A stretch of DNA of 64,000 bases from Candidatus Levyibacteriota bacterium (GCA_039738415.1 JBCLLY010000003.1:17084-81083); one strand, 5' to 3'. Shown: positions 9,783 to 19,419, counted from the first letter of the stretch. Notes: a model not told the origin generated them from the sequence alone. Program-made: numbers and translations.

Positions 9783-11924
9783 ATGGCTGATGCAGTTGTT
9801 ACAAAAGACAGAAATGTTGCGCTAGATAAAATCCGAAACTTCGGAATTATCGCGCATATTGATGCGGGTAAAACCACAACTTCAGAGAGAATTCTATATT
9901 ACACTGGTAAATCCTACAAAATCGGTGAGGTTCATGAAGGTGCTGCGACTATGGACTGGATGGATCAGGAAAAAGAGCGTGGAATTACTATTGTTAGCGC
10001 TGCAACAACCACTTTTTGGACACGTTTGGTAAACTCAGTTAAAGAAGAATACAGATTTAATTTAATTGATACCCCCGGTCACGTTGATTTTACCGCTGAA
10101 GTTGAGCGTTCCCTTCGCGTACTTGATGGTGCTATCACAGTTTTAGATGCTGAAGAAGGCGTACAGAGCCAGTCGGAGACTGTTTGGAGACAAGCTGATA
10201 AATATAATGTTCCTAGAATTTGTTTTGTAAATAAAATGGATAAGCTCGGTGCTGATTATGAAAAAACTATTCAATCAGTTGTGGATAGACTAGGTGCAAA
10301 TCCAATTACAATAGGTCTTCCAATTGGATCTGAAAACGACTTCAAGGGAATTTATCATGTGTTGGATGAGAAGTCTTATATTTGGTCGGGAGAAGAGCTT
10401 GGAGCAAAATTTGATGTACTAGATGAAATTCCAGCCGGTATGGAAGAGATGGTTAAAAAATACCGCGAGCAAATGATAGAAAAAATTGCAGAAACAGATG
10501 ACGCGCTACTAGACAAATACTTAAATGGTGAAGAGATAGGATACGATGAACTGAAGGCAGCACTTCGTGCTGCAACAATTGCCTATAAAGTAGTTCCTGT
10601 ATTTGCGGGAACTTCTCTACGGAATAAAGGAGTACAGCCGCTTTTGGATGCAGTTGTTGATTTTTTACCTTCTCCTATGGACCTTCAAACCGTTAAGGGT
10701 ACAAATCCAAAGACCGGAGAGGAAGAGTCTAGGAGATTGACACCTGAGGAAAGCTTTACTGCGTTTGCTTTTAAGGTTCAGGTTGATCCTCATGTAGGAA
10801 AAATCACATACATTAGAATTTATTCAGGAAAACTTCCATCCGGAAGTTATGCATATAATTCAACAAAAAATATTAAGGAGCGAGTAGGGCGTTTACTTTT
10901 GATGCATGCAAATCAGCGTGAGGACATAAAAGAAGCTTTTGCCGGAGAGATTGTTGCGGTAGTCGGGTTTAAGGACACTATAACAGGAGATACACTTTGC
11001 GAAGAAACCAAGCCAATTTTACTTCAAAAAATTATTTTTCAAGACCCTGTTATCTCACTTGCAATTGAACCTAAGACGAAATCAGACCAGGAAAGATTGG
11101 GAGCAGCATTAAAAAGACTTATGGAGGAGGATCCGTCTTTTTCCGTTAAAATGGATCACGAAACAGGACAGACGATTATTTCCGGAGTCGGAGAGCTTCA
11201 GCTAGAGATTAAAGTTGAAACGATGAAGCGTGAAATGAACGTAATGGCAAATGTCGGAGCGCCTCAGGTTGCATACAAAGAAACTATTAAAAATCCTGCA
11301 AACGCTGAGGCAAAATATATAAAACAAACCGGAGGTCGTGGTCAGTACGGACACTGTCTTATAAAACTTGAACCACTTCCGCGTGGTGAAGGGTTCGTAT
11401 TTGTAAATGCTATTAAAGGAGGAGCAATCCCTCATGAATTTATTCCATCTATTGAAAAAGGAATTAGAGAAGCAATGGATCGCGGAGTGCTACTAGGATA
11501 CCCTGTTGTTGACTTTAAAGTCATTCTTTATGACGGAAGTTACCACGATGTTGATTCATCTGATATTGCATTTAAAATTGCAGGAAGCCAGGCTTTCCAG
11601 CAAGGAGCAAAAAAAGCAGGACTAACTCTTCTTGAGCCTATTATGAAAGTTGAAGTTACAACTCCTGAGGAATTTATGGGAGAAGTTATCGGAGATCTTT
11701 CATCAAAAAGAGCACAAATTCAGGGAACGCAAGAGCGCGGAAATTCAAGAATTGTCTTGGCGCAAGTTCCGCTTTCAGAGCTTTCAGGATACGCAACAAC
11801 TCTAAGGTCACTTACTCAAGGACGTGCGAATCCATATATGGAACCCAGTCATTATGATGAGGTTCCTAAAAATATTCAGGAACAAATGCTTGCAAAAACA
11901 AACTTCGTCGCAAGGGTAGGATAA
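9783..11924 (+). CDS. fusA: Elongation factor G
   Basis: [25 protein letters not shown] and NKMDK GTPase motifs; 713 aa. Confidence 0.97.
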   Translation: MADAVVTKDRNVALDKIRNFGIIAHIDAGKTTTSERILYYTGKSYKIGEVHEGAATMDWMDQEKERGITIVSAATTTFWTRLVNSVKEEYRFNLIDTPGHVDFTAEVERSLRVLDGAITVLDAEEGVQSQSETVWRQADKYNVPRICFVNKMDKLGADYEKTIQSVVDRLGANPITIGLPIGSENDFKGIYHVLDEKSYIWSGEELGAKFDVLDEIPAGMEEMVKKYREQMIEKIAETDDALLDKYLNGEEIGYDELKAALRAATIAYKVVPVFAGTSLRNKGVQPLLDAVVDFLPSPMDLQTVKGTNPKTGEEESRRLTPEESFTAFAFKVQVDPHVGKITYIRIYSGKLPSGSYAYNSTKNIKERVGRLLLMHANQREDIKEAFAGEIVAVVGFKDTITGDTLCEETKPILLQKIIFQDPVISLAIEPKTKSDQERLGAALKRLMEEDPSFSVKMDHETGQTIISGVGELQLEIKVETMKREMNVMANVGAPQVAYKETIKNPANAEAKYIKQTGGRGQYGHCLIKLEPLPRGEGFVFVNAIKGGAIPHEFIPSIEKGIREAMDRGVLLGYPVVDFKVILYDGSYHDVDSSDIAFKIAGSQAFQQGAKKAGLTLLEPIMKVEVTTPEEFMGEVIGDLSSKRAQIQGTQERGNSRIVLAQVPLSELSGYATTLRSLTQGRANPYMEPSHYDEVPKNIQEQMLAKTNFVARVG

Positions 11925-11956
11925 AAGTTTTAAACTTTTAATTATATAATAGCCTT

Positions 11957-12763
11957 ATGGCAAATTCTTCAAAGAATTACAAGCTCTTAGTAGCAGATTT
12001 CGATGGTACGCTGGCGGGTGTTGATCACGTAGTTACTCCCAAAGTTTCGCGTGCTGTTAAGAAATGGATTGATTCAGGCAGACATTTTACGATAGCAACA
12101 GGCAGATCATATTTAATGATAATTGATGAGTGTAAGAAAATGAATCTTTCAGTTCCTGTAATTGTTAGGGGAGGTGCTGAGGTGGTTGATCCAGTAAGCG
12201 ACAAAGTGCTCAATAGTGAGTATATGAGTAAAGTAGATATTAAAAAAATTTTAAGCGTACTGCAGAAAAATAATTTAAATTTTCTTATAGAAAAAGATGA
12301 TGTTTTATATTCCAACTTTCGGATTGAATTAGTCTTCCCAACTATCAAATATAAAAATGTATCTGAATTTAAAATTTCAGATGCCCCAAAAATTCTTGTG
12401 AAAGCAAATGAAAATAATCATAAAGAAGTTCAGATGATTATGGATGAGATTGAGAATAGGTTTAATAAAATAAATATTGCCAGAAACCATGGCGAGTTTG
12501 GATATAGATGGGATGTCACCTCTGTAAGGGCGACAAAGCTCCATGGAATTGTAAAAGTTATGGAATATCTTAATGTAGATCGCGAACAAATAGTAGGTGT
12601 AGGAGATAGTTATAATGATTTTCCGCTTTTGGCGGCAGCTGGACTTAAAGTTGCCATGGGAAATGCAAATGAAGATTTAAAGGCGATAGCAGATATGAAA
12701 GTTCCTTCACATGAGGATGATGGAGTAGCATTTCTGATAGACAAACTGTTGAGTGAGAATTAA
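11957..12763 (+). CDS. Cof-type HAD-IIB phosphatase
   Basis: LVADFDGTL (DxDGT) and GDSYNDFPLL motifs. Confidence 0.85.
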   Translation: MANSSKNYKLLVADFDGTLAGVDHVVTPKVSRAVKKWIDSGRHFTIATGRSYLMIIDECKKMNLSVPVIVRGGAEVVDPVSDKVLNSEYMSKVDIKKILSVLQKNNLNFLIEKDDVLYSNFRIELVFPTIKYKNVSEFKISDAPKILVKANENNHKEVQMIMDEIENRFNKINIARNHGEFGYRWDVTSVRATKLHGIVKVMEYLNVDREQIVGVGDSYNDFPLLAAAGLKVAMGNANEDLKAIADMKVPSHEDDGVAFLIDKLLSEN

Positions 12764-12808
12764 GAATTACGAGTTAAGAATTAAGTAGTTTTGGTATAAT
12801 AAAAAAAT

Positions 12809-13993
12809 ATGGCAAGAATTAAGATTTCCGAGTTTAGAGCAAAGAGTATTCTTTATAAATTTTTAAATAAAGATTATTCAGGAATTTCTGTTGATGTGAA
12901 TAATGATTTGGATACACAAATCTCCAATTTGAATTCGGAAAAAAAATATGTTTTGAAAGTTGATCAGGGAGTAAAGCAGAGAAAGAAAAAAGGCTTGGTA
13001 TTTTTTGATGTAACTAAAATTAGCGCAAGAGAGAAAATAAAAGAATTATCTAACAAAGGATTTTCTCATTTTATAATTGAGGAATTTTTAGAGCACGAAG
13101 GATTTAGTGAAAAATATTTTGCAGTAGAGCGCGTTCGCGAGGGGAAAAAGATTTATTATTCTACTTCCGGTGGCGTAGATATCGAGAAGAATAAAGATAG
13201 CATAAAGAGTTTGACGATTAGAAATTATGAGCAAATTAGAGAAATTGCTGAAGAATTAAACTTGGACATAAAAGTTTTTAACAGCATTTTAAATGCATTT
13301 GATGAGTATTACTTTTCGTTTTTAGAAATTAATCCCTTGGTAGTTCATAGCAATGAGTTTTATTTTCTAGATACTGCAGTTGAAGTCGATAGTGCAGCAG
13401 AGTTTTTTGTTGATAAGGCTTGGAGCAAAGAGGATTTTCGTGAAAGTGGTAAGCGGGAAAAAACTCGGGAGGAAATAGAGATAGAAAAACTTAAAGAGAG
13501 AAGTCCTGCATCGTTTAGCTATGAAATATTAAATCCAAATGGTTCAATATTTTTGCTTTTATCAGGAGGCGGTGCATCGTTGGTTATAGCGGATGAAATT
13601 TATCAGCAAGGAAAAGGAGGGGAGCTCTCAAATTACGGAGAGTATAGCGGAAATCCTAATCAAGAAGAGACATATATCTACACAAAAAATTTAATTACTA
13701 CCCTACTCCACTCCAAATCGAGTCGAAAAGCAATAATAATTTCCGGAGGAGTTGCCAATTTTACAGATATAAGAGCAACATTTAAGGGAATTATAAAAGC
13801 AATGTCTGAAGTTTCTAGCGAGTTACGGGAAAATAACACAAAAGTTTTTGTACGCCGTGGCGGTCCTTATCAGGAAGAGGGACTCAAAATGATGAGAGAA
13901 TTTTTGGAAAAAGAAGACTTGCTCGGTGTTGTTTCCGGACCCGAGATGGTTTTAACAGACATAGTAAAACCGGCGATTGAATGGATTAGTTAA
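12809..13993 (+). CDS. aclB: ATP-citrate lyase small subunit (ATP-grasp, SucC-like)
   Basis: Strong by-eye match to the ACLY N-terminal region: LEINPLVV, LNPNGSIFLLLSGGGASLVIAD, LSNYGEYSGNPNQEETY, GGVANFTDIRATFKGI, VFVRRGGPYQEEGL. Confidence 0.85.
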   Translation: MARIKISEFRAKSILYKFLNKDYSGISVDVNNDLDTQISNLNSEKKYVLKVDQGVKQRKKKGLVFFDVTKISAREKIKELSNKGFSHFIIEEFLEHEGFSEKYFAVERVREGKKIYYSTSGGVDIEKNKDSIKSLTIRNYEQIREIAEELNLDIKVFNSILNAFDEYYFSFLEINPLVVHSNEFYFLDTAVEVDSAAEFFVDKAWSKEDFRESGKREKTREEIEIEKLKERSPASFSYEILNPNGSIFLLLSGGGASLVIADEIYQQGKGGELSNYGEYSGNPNQEETYIYTKNLITTLLHSKSSRKAIIISGGVANFTDIRATFKGIIKAMSEVSSELRENNTKVFVRRGGPYQEEGLKMMREFLEKEDLLGVVSGPEMVLTDIVKPAIEWIS

Positions 13994-14376
13994 TGTCATT
14001 CTGGGGACTCAGAGCGAAGCGTGGAGGACGCCAGAATCAAAAATGAGCAAGCAAATGTATGTTTACATTATGGGAAACAATAGACCCACTCTTTATACGG
14101 GAGTAACGAACAATTTGGTTAGGAGAGTTTACGAACACAAAAATGATCTAATAGAAGGTTTTACCAAACGATATAAATTACATAGATTATTGTATTATGA
14201 GAATTTAGAAGGACAACTTGAATCAATAGTTTGGGAAAAACAAATAAAAGATATGAATAGAGCAACAAAATTAGAAATGATTAAAAGTAAAAATCCGAAC
14301 ATGAGGGATTTGTATGATGAGATAATATGATTCTGGTCAAGCTCGCCTCGCTGAGTCGAAGCGGGCCAGAATGACA
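13994..14376 (+). mobile_element. GIY-YIG cassette with terminal inverted repeats and hairpin arms
   Basis: TIRs TGTCATTCTGG (13994-14004) and CCAGAATGACA (14366-14376). Each arm self-pairs: ATTCTGG 13998-14004 with CCAGAAT 14031-14037, and 14330-14336 with 14366-14372. Inserted between the aclB stop and the aclA start. Confidence 0.75.
14043..14330 (+). CDS. GIY-YIG nuclease family protein (95 aa, UPF0213/YhbQ-like)
   Basis: YVYIM...LYTGVTNNLVRRVYEH...GFTKRY motifs. Start moved to ATG 14043, because the track N-terminus reads through the hairpin arm and overlaps aclB. Confidence 0.88.
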   Translation: MSKQMYVYIMGNNRPTLYTGVTNNLVRRVYEHKNDLIEGFTKRYKLHRLLYYENLEGQLESIVWEKQIKDMNRATKLEMIKSKNPNMRDLYDEII

Positions 14377-14383
14377 ATTTAAT

Positions 14384-16195
14384 ATGAATATACAGGAATT
14401 AAGGGAAATAGAGCCGCGAATTATAATAATAGGAAATCACCCTGCGATAATCCAATCAGTTCTTGATTTTGACTTTATGTCAGGACAAGCAAAGCCTAGC
14501 GTTTTGGCAATTCTTTCATCAGGAAGAAATTATCAGAGGTTTTTTTATGGAAGGCGAGAAATACTTATTCCGGTATTTGAGTTGTTTCAAGCATTGCCGG
14601 AGAATATAAAACAACAAGCTACAATGTTTGTAAATGTTAGCTCCGGAAGAAGAGTTCTAACATCGTCTATCGAAGCAATTGACAGTTTGCCAAATTTAGT
14701 TATAGGAACTATATTTGCGGAAAATGTACCCGAAAAGCACGCGATAGAGATGGGTGAATATGCGAAATTAAAAAACATCAATTTAATAGGACCGGCTAGT
14801 GTTGGGATGGTTATTCCAACAGTGTTTAAGCTAGGTGCAATTGGCGGAGTAAATGTAAATCAGATTAAAAGCTCCGGAATTTTATATAAAGGAGGAGTTG
14901 CTGTTCTCTCTGCATCTGGAGGAATGGTAAATGAGATTATAAATATTGTAGGAAGGAGCAGTAATAGCTTGTCCTTTGCTTTGTCTTTTGGGGGTGATAG
15001 ATTTCCACTACTTGAGCCTATTGATGCCTTAAGAGCTGCTGAAAATGATGAAGATACAAAAGCAGTTATATACTATGGAGAGCTAGGCGGAGAGGATGAG
15101 TATAAAATTGCCACACTACTTTCTAAAGGAGAGTTTAATAAAAAAGTTATTTGTTATGTAGCAGGAACAGTTTCTGATTTATTTGAGTCACCTCCGCAAT
15201 TTGGTCACGCAAAGGCAATGGCGGAAAAACAGGAGGAGGGCGCAAATGCAAAAAGAAAAGTATTAAAAGAAGCTGGTGCGATAGTTCCCGAGAGTTTTTC
15301 GGAGTTTGTAGATGCTATAAATTCATTAGAGGATTTTCCCGTTCGACTCGCAACGCTCGCTCAGGGTGAAGAAAATTTGAAATCTGATACAATAGAGAAT
15401 ATGGATGATAGACGACACGCATTAATTTCTTCAAGTATCTCAAAAGACGAGGATGGAGAAGTAAAAATTCTTGGTGAGGATTTGGTAGTCTTTGCAAAAG
15501 ATAATTCTTTTGCAAAAATTGCCATCTCATTGTTTTTAGGTAAAAAAATAAATTCAAAAGACACAGAGGATTTGGTAGATTTTATATTGAAGGTCTCAGT
15601 TGACCACGGACCGTATGTGTCGGGTGCTCTAAATACAATAGTAGCGGCCCGTGCCGGTAAGGATTTAGTTAGTTCACTTGCATCAGGGTTACTCACGATT
15701 GGTCCCCGCTTTGGTGGAGCTATAAATCAAGCAGCAAGTAATTGGTTTGAGTGCGTTGGTAGTGGTAAGAGTGCACATCAATTTGTAGAAGATTTTGCAT
15801 CAAGAAAAGAATATATCCAAGGAATTGGACATAAAAAATATAGAGTTGATATGCCTGACCCAAGGGTTACCGAGTTAAAAGAGTTTATAAATAAACTTGA
15901 AAATAAAAGGTTTACGAATTTTGCGCTTGAGGTAGAGAAAATTACAACTGAGAAAAAAGGAAATTTGATATTAAATGTAGACGGAATGATCGCTGCAGTT
16001 TTACTCGACTTTCTATCAGAAAAAGAAGGATATTCTGATGAGCAGCTTAAAAAACTAATAGAAGCAGAATTTTTTAATGCGTTGTTTGTATTATCAAGAA
16101 GCGTAGGATTTATTGCACATTTTCTAGATCAAAAGCGCCTCGATGAAGGACTTCTAAGGCTCGAAGAAAGTGATGTAGCTGACGTTTCTATTTAA
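14384..16195 (+). CDS. aclA: ATP-citrate lyase large subunit (SucD-like plus citrate-synthase-like domain)
   Basis: Phospho-His region PPQFGHAKAMAE...KVLKEAGAIVPESF. C-terminal ARAGKDLVSSLASGLLTIGPRFGG, GIGHKKYRVDMPDPRV, LILNVDG and FIAHFLDQKRL match ACLY. Confidence 0.88.
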   Translation: MNIQELREIEPRIIIIGNHPAIIQSVLDFDFMSGQAKPSVLAILSSGRNYQRFFYGRREILIPVFELFQALPENIKQQATMFVNVSSGRRVLTSSIEAIDSLPNLVIGTIFAENVPEKHAIEMGEYAKLKNINLIGPASVGMVIPTVFKLGAIGGVNVNQIKSSGILYKGGVAVLSASGGMVNEIINIVGRSSNSLSFALSFGGDRFPLLEPIDALRAAENDEDTKAVIYYGELGGEDEYKIATLLSKGEFNKKVICYVAGTVSDLFESPPQFGHAKAMAEKQEEGANAKRKVLKEAGAIVPESFSEFVDAINSLEDFPVRLATLAQGEENLKSDTIENMDDRRHALISSSISKDEDGEVKILGEDLVVFAKDNSFAKIAISLFLGKKINSKDTEDLVDFILKVSVDHGPYVSGALNTIVAARAGKDLVSSLASGLLTIGPRFGGAINQAASNWFECVGSGKSAHQFVEDFASRKEYIQGIGHKKYRVDMPDPRVTELKEFINKLENKRFTNFALEVEKITTEKKGNLILNVDGMIAAVLLDFLSEKEGYSDEQLKKLIEAEFFNALFVLSRSVGFIAHFLDQKRLDEGLLRLEESDVADVSI

Positions 16196-16227
16196 TGATT
16201 AAACACTATTTCAAAATCTCTCACCTA

Positions 16228-16314
16228 TGTCATTCTGAACTTGTTTCAGAATCTATTTAATAAGTACTAGATTCCGGGTCCCTTCAGAGGCAGGCAGGCA
16301 AGCCCGGAATGACA
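16228..16314. repeat. Gene-less double-hairpin element (MITE-like) of the TGTCAT family
   Basis: Ends TGTCATTC (16228-16235) and GAATGACA (16307-16314). Hairpins ATTCTGAA 16232-16239 with TTCAGAAT 16245-16252, and ATTCCGGG 16271-16278 with CCCGGAAT 16303-16310. Confidence 0.7.
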
Positions 16315-16335
16315 TCAAATTAGACATTAGTAATT

Positions 16336-17301
16336 ATGCAAGTTTATAATAATGTTCCTCTGTCCACAATTGTTTGGTACCAAATTGGCGGAATCGCTAA
16401 TTTGGTAATAGATATTGGTTCAAGAAGGGATTTATTCGAGGCCTTGGAATATGTCGAAAACAAGAATGTAAAAGACATTTTTGTTTTGGGACTTGGGTCT
16501 AATATTCTTTTTTCCGATGAAGGATTTAAGGGAGTAATTTTCAGATTTTTAATTCAAGAGGATGGAGAAGGAGTTAGAAAAATCTCAGATACAGTAGTTG
16601 AAAGTTTTGCCGGAGAAACACTGGATAGTGTAATTCAATTTAGTTTTGATAATGGCTTGGTAGGACTTGAATGGGCAGGTGGACTTCCCGGGACAATAGG
16701 CGCTGCCGTAAGAGGAAATGTTGGAGCATTTGGTAGAGAGATAAAGGACAGCTTTGTAAAAGCACACTGCATTCGTTTGAATCCGGACAACAGTTACGAA
16801 GAACTGACATTAAATCGTGATGAAATGGAGTTCTCCTATCGTTCAAGCCGAGTTAAACAAGAAAAATTAATTGTTGTTTCTGCTCAGTTTCAACTAAAAC
16901 AAGGTACACAGGAAGAGTTACTTTATGCGCACGAAATGTATTATGCACATATCACCTACCGTCAACAAAAGCATCCCCTTGAGTACCCGAATTGTGGAAG
17001 TGTATTTAAAAATATTTCCAAAAAAGATGAGGTAGAAAAAGTCCTACAAATGTGGCCTGATATTCAAAGTTTGATTGATGAAAAATGGCACGGGAAAATC
17101 AGTATGGGGTATATTATAGACAGACTTGGGTTTAAAGGAAGGCAAATAGGTAATGCCCAGATTAGTGAGAAACACCAGAATTTTATAGTAAATCTGGGAG
17201 GAGCAAAAGCAAATGATGTAAAGGAAATAATAACAACAGTGGAGAAAAAAGTTCAAGAAGAATTTGGTTTTACACCTGAAATAGAGATAGAAATAGTCTG
17301 A
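16336..17301 (+). CDS. murB: UDP-N-acetylenolpyruvoylglucosamine reductase
   Basis: FAD-binding N-terminus (VLGLGSNILF), GLEWAGGLPGTIGAAVRGNVGAFG, and a C-terminal MurB domain. Confidence 0.9.
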   Translation: MQVYNNVPLSTIVWYQIGGIANLVIDIGSRRDLFEALEYVENKNVKDIFVLGLGSNILFSDEGFKGVIFRFLIQEDGEGVRKISDTVVESFAGETLDSVIQFSFDNGLVGLEWAGGLPGTIGAAVRGNVGAFGREIKDSFVKAHCIRLNPDNSYEELTLNRDEMEFSYRSSRVKQEKLIVVSAQFQLKQGTQEELLYAHEMYYAHITYRQQKHPLEYPNCGSVFKNISKKDEVEKVLQMWPDIQSLIDEKWHGKISMGYIIDRLGFKGRQIGNAQISEKHQNFIVNLGGAKANDVKEIITTVEKKVQEEFGFTPEIEIEIV

Positions 17302-17342
17302 AGTAAGGTCTAGTTTCTAGCGTTAAGTTATAAATAAATATT

Positions 17343-17879
17343 ATGGAAGGAAAGGTAGTGTTTGAAAACAACGAAATTATTATTCGATATCCCCAGAAAG
17401 ATGATTTAGGAGAGATGATTGGTTACATCAACACGTTGTCTTTAGAGAGAACTTTTATAAGATTTCAAGGTGAACAAGTCACTATATCTGAAGAGAAACA
17501 ATATCTTGATAATGTCCTAAGCAAAATATCAGATAAAAAAGAAGTAATGCTTTTAGTCTTTGCTCGCGATAAATTAGTTGGAAATTCCTCAATTGAGATG
17601 TTTGATAAAACTGAAAGGCATAGAGGGCTTTTGGGAATATCAGTTGCAAAAGAATATCGTGGAAAAGGTATTGGGAAGCTACTCATCAATAAAGTATTTG
17701 AAGAAGCAAAAAAGGAATTAGCAAATTTGAAAATAGTTACATTAAGCGTTTCTCCAATAAATTTCTTAGCACAAAATCTTTACAAAAAATTCGGATTTAT
17801 CGAATATGGAAAATTACCAAACGGTATTTTTAGAAACAATAAATACGAAGATGAAATTTTGATGCATAAAGAGATCTAG
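17343..17879 (+). CDS. GNAT family N-acetyltransferase
   Basis: Acetyl-CoA motif YRGKGIGKLL; typical size. Confidence 0.85.
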   Translation: MEGKVVFENNEIIIRYPQKDDLGEMIGYINTLSLERTFIRFQGEQVTISEEKQYLDNVLSKISDKKEVMLLVFARDKLVGNSSIEMFDKTERHRGLLGISVAKEYRGKGIGKLLINKVFEEAKKELANLKIVTLSVSPINFLAQNLYKKFGFIEYGKLPNGIFRNNKYEDEILMHKEI

Positions 17880-17882
17880 GAA

Positions 17883-18488
17883 TTATTTCGGTTCGTTGTC
17901 TAGACTTTTCCATAATATCATGCAAGCATAAGTTTTATATGGACTCCATTTGTTTGAAATTTTTATTAACCTTTCCTTGCTTGGATTTTTAAGTCCATAC
18001 AGTTTTTTCATTGCATTTTGAAGACCCCTATCTCCTGCAGAAAAAATATCAGGACGCTCAAGCGCAAACATCAAAAACATTTCAGCAGACCAAGGGCCAA
18101 TGCCTTTTACAATCATTAGATTTTTAATTACTGTTTCATCATCTTCTTTATGTATTGTTTCAAGAACTAGTTTTTTATCGATAACTATTTGCGATAAATC
18201 TTTTATATAACCAATTTTAGAATATGATATACCACAAGATCTCAGTTTTTCTTTATCAAGTTTTATAATTTTTTCTGGAGTAATTTGTAGTTTTGGAAAT
18301 AATTTCTCAAATCTTGAATAAATTGTATGAGCGGCTTTAACGGATAATTGCTGTCCCACAATTGCTCTAACGAGTCTTTTAAAGTGGTCTTGAGTTTCTA
18401 GATTAATTGCGAGTGAATTAATGCTCTTTCCCAATTCAAATAGAATAGGATCCGTCTTTTTAAAATGATCAAGTGCTTTTTCAAACAA
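17883..18488 (-). CDS. DNA-3-methyladenine glycosylase II (HhH-GPD, AlkA-like)
   Basis: GIGPWSAEMFLMFAL...PDIFSAGD helix-hairpin-helix/GPD region. Start is TTG, so the start is uncertain. Confidence 0.82.
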   Translation of the reverse strand: MFEKALDHFKKTDPILFELGKSINSLAINLETQDHFKRLVRAIVGQQLSVKAAHTIYSRFEKLFPKLQITPEKIIKLDKEKLRSCGISYSKIGYIKDLSQIVIDKKLVLETIHKEDDETVIKNLMIVKGIGPWSAEMFLMFALERPDIFSAGDRGLQNAMKKLYGLKNPSKERLIKISNKWSPYKTYACMILWKSLDNEPK

Positions 18489-18533
18489 TCTAAAATATTA
18501 TAACTCAAATTTTGCTATAATTACGTAACTAAA

Positions 18534-19319
18534 ATGGCAAAAGCGAAATTATCATTTTCTGTTGCAGATATTCCTTTAGGAATTGCCTTGGAGGAATATT
18601 TTTTACTCGCATCTCATCTCAAAGTTGACGGAATAGAACTTGTTATAGGGTGGAAGACGCGCTGGGCGATGAAGAAACTAAAAAGGCTTTCTAACCGCTA
18701 CAATGTTCCGATTCTATCTATTCATCAGCCCCCATGGTCTATTGCGGGTTTTATACAGGATGAAGGAGCATTTAGATTTGCTCAAGAATTTAATTCCATA
18801 TTTGTAGCACATCCTATCGTAGTTCAGCCTATGGATTCACCTAGGTCTAAAGAGTATTTTAAATGGTTGTCGGATATGAAAAAGAAATATAATTTGGAAA
18901 TTATGATTGAGAATATGACAAATATTTACCAGTTGATGCCGCTTTTACACTATGTATCCAAAAAACATCACGATAGTGCGACTAGCCTTTTGTCATTTGA
19001 AAAGGTATGTAAAAAATATGATTTAGGATTTACTTTGGACATAAGTCATCTTATGGAGGAAAAACCGCACGAAGCATTGGGATTTACTGAAATTTTGCCG
19101 TATCTCAAAAATATTCACTTGAGTGATTATACAGTTAAAAAAGAGCACATGGGGCTAGGGGATGGAAATTTAGATTATGTTTCGTTTCTAACTTACCTTA
19201 AAAAAATAAACTATTCTGGTCTTGTTAATCTGGAACTTTGTCCTAGAATTTTAAATGCGAGGGAAAAATATTATAAAGATATAATCGAGTCTGTAAAAAT
19301 CGTAAAAAAATATTTATAA
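18534..19319 (+). CDS. Sugar phosphate isomerase/epimerase (xylose isomerase-like TIM barrel)
   Basis: Overall pattern of the AP-endonuclease-2/TIM-barrel family (IENM..., HLSDY..., NLEL). By-eye call only. Confidence 0.55.
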   Translation: MAKAKLSFSVADIPLGIALEEYFLLASHLKVDGIELVIGWKTRWAMKKLKRLSNRYNVPILSIHQPPWSIAGFIQDEGAFRFAQEFNSIFVAHPIVVQPMDSPRSKEYFKWLSDMKKKYNLEIMIENMTNIYQLMPLLHYVSKKHHDSATSLLSFEKVCKKYDLGFTLDISHLMEEKPHEALGFTEILPYLKNIHLSDYTVKKEHMGLGDGNLDYVSFLTYLKKINYSGLVNLELCPRILNAREKYYKDIIESVKIVKKYL

Positions 19320-19419
19320 TAGAATCCCCTTGACAGCATTTCTTGACACTTCTTAACTTATTATGGACGGAACAGTTATGAAAAAAGAAGAGATGAAAAA
19401 ATTCAGGGAGAGGACTAAA

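Noticed and set aside
13977-14042. N-terminal 22 codons of the track ORF for the GIY-YIG gene.
   Set aside because: This stretch overlaps the aclB 3' end and reads through the left hairpin arm. An ATG at 14043 gives the canonical GIY-YIG N-terminus.
12809-16195. Alternative reading of the aclB/aclA pair as succinyl-CoA synthetase beta/alpha.
   Set aside because: The large subunit carries a ~250-aa C-terminal citrate-synthase-like domain (GIGHKKYRVDMPDPRV, LILNVDG, FIAHFLDQKRL). The small subunit matches ACLY-specific stretches rather than SucC.
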